A stretch of 32,000 nt of DNA from Candidatus Saccharimonadota bacterium (lineage in GTDB: Bacteria; Patescibacteriota; Patescibacteriia; 2-12-FULL-60-25): positions 570,001 to 602,000 of the forward strand of contig OY970357.1 of assembly GCA_963718585.1 (NCBI GenBank), read 5' to 3'. The position numbers and the translations under genes were made by a program. Below are positions 31,549 through 32,000 of the stretch, in pieces. The notes beneath the pieces were generated by a model. That model saw only the letters and a program-made list of their open reading frames with translations. It searched no databases and had not been told where the DNA came from. Numbering within the stretch: the first letter of the stretch is position 1; each line of letters begins with the position of its first letter.

Positions 31549-32000
31549 ATGCGATTCGGACACCGCGTCCGCGGGATCATCGAACGCTACGACCAAAAGG
31601 GCCGTGGTGTCCTTGAGGTCCCGGAGACGAAGCCGACCGTGGGTCACGGCACCTTCGCCGTCCCGTTCACAGCGGTCGGCGATGAGGTGACCGCGCGATT
31701 CGTGAGCCGCGACCGCGGTATGAAGATCGCCACGCTCGAACACATCGAGACGCCGAGCCCGGATCGGGTCTCGACGCCCTGCCCGCATGCGGGCGTCTGC
31801 GGGGGTTGTCTCTGGCAGCACCTCGCCTATGAGGCGCAGATCAAGATCAAACACGGCATGATCGATGCGGCCTTCGCGAATGCCGGACACGATGAACGGA
31901 TCGGAACGTTCATCCAAGCCGCGGAAAAATTCCATTATCGCAACCGCATGGATTACGCCGTCGGATGGAATGGGCAGATCGGATTGAAGGAATATGGTTC
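31549..32000 (+). CDS. TRAM-domain RumA/TrmA-family (uracil-5-)-methyltransferase, N-terminal part (continues beyond the right edge)
   Basis: ATG 31549; MRFGHRVRGIIERYDQKGRGVLEV...CPHAGVCGGCLWQHLAYEAQIKIK...FHYRNRMDYAVG. TRAM-like N-terminus plus the 4Fe-4S Cys cluster of the RumA family. Not in the track because it is truncated. Confidence 0.85.
   Translation, partial: MRFGHRVRGIIERYDQKGRGVLEVPETKPTVGHGTFAVPFTAVGDEVTARFVSRDRGMKIATLEHIETPSPDRVSTPCPHAGVCGGCLWQHLAYEAQIKIKHGMIDAAFANAGHDERIGTFIQAAEKFHYRNRMDYAVGWNGQIGLKEYG

Noticed and set aside
31522-31935. Minus-strand ORF of 137 aa
   Set aside because: It is antisense to the plus-strand TRAM/RumA-type gene starting at 31549, whose translation carries the CPHAGVCGGCLWQH cluster. 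The plus-strand gene is missing from the track only because it is truncated by the window edge.

Overview
This 32-kb window holds about 29 convincing protein genes plus several ORFs under 60 codons. All but two genes lie on the minus strand. By eye I found no rRNA, tRNA, CRISPR array, transposase or integrase.

Gene order, left to right:
- gatA (5' part, runs off the edge), gatC and NAD-dependent ligA.
- One lone plus-strand gene for a secreted Gly/Ser/Ala- and Asp-rich protein.
- A complete monoderm-style type IV pilus (T4P) locus, read right to left: a 665-aa Cys/Asp-rich surface protein, pilM, pilN, pilO, a Thr/Pro-rich anchored protein, pilB, a CheY-like receiver, pilC, the major pilin, a second pilin, pilD, then four minor pseudopilins (GspH/FimT-, GspI/PilV-, GspJ/PilW- and PilX-like).
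- rnhA and recJ.
- Three monocistronic small genes of unknown function.
- lepA-cfa.
- Two FecR-domain proteins.
- murJ, a Rieske-like protein, a GT2 glycosyltransferase and a SpoU/TrmH methyltransferase.
- The 5' part of a TRAM/RumA-type methyltransferase.

The gene content and the pilus architecture (no secretin or pilT in the window) suggest a small-genome, monoderm-like lineage such as Patescibacteria/CPR. That is inference only.

The most unusual signals lie between the genes:
1. The long intra-operon spacers (gatC|gatA, pilM|pilN, pilB|receiver, pseudopilin|pseudopilin) are strongly self-complementary. Each is also bridged by an ORF that starts at or within 6 nt of the upstream stop and ends on or near the downstream start, with two ATGA overlaps.
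2. The first 36-37 nt of lepA are duplicated 162 nt upstream, in frame. The copies flank four consecutive hairpins and create a 49-codon, nearly leaderless uORF.
3. Operon heads carry -10 boxes 6-8 nt from the ATG (a leaderless design), while a few genes use strong GGAGGTG ribosome-binding sites.
4. The pilus operon is led by a protein with four Cys-bracketed DxDxDG-type repeats.

All functional calls rest on motif recognition by eye. No database search or folding computation was possible.
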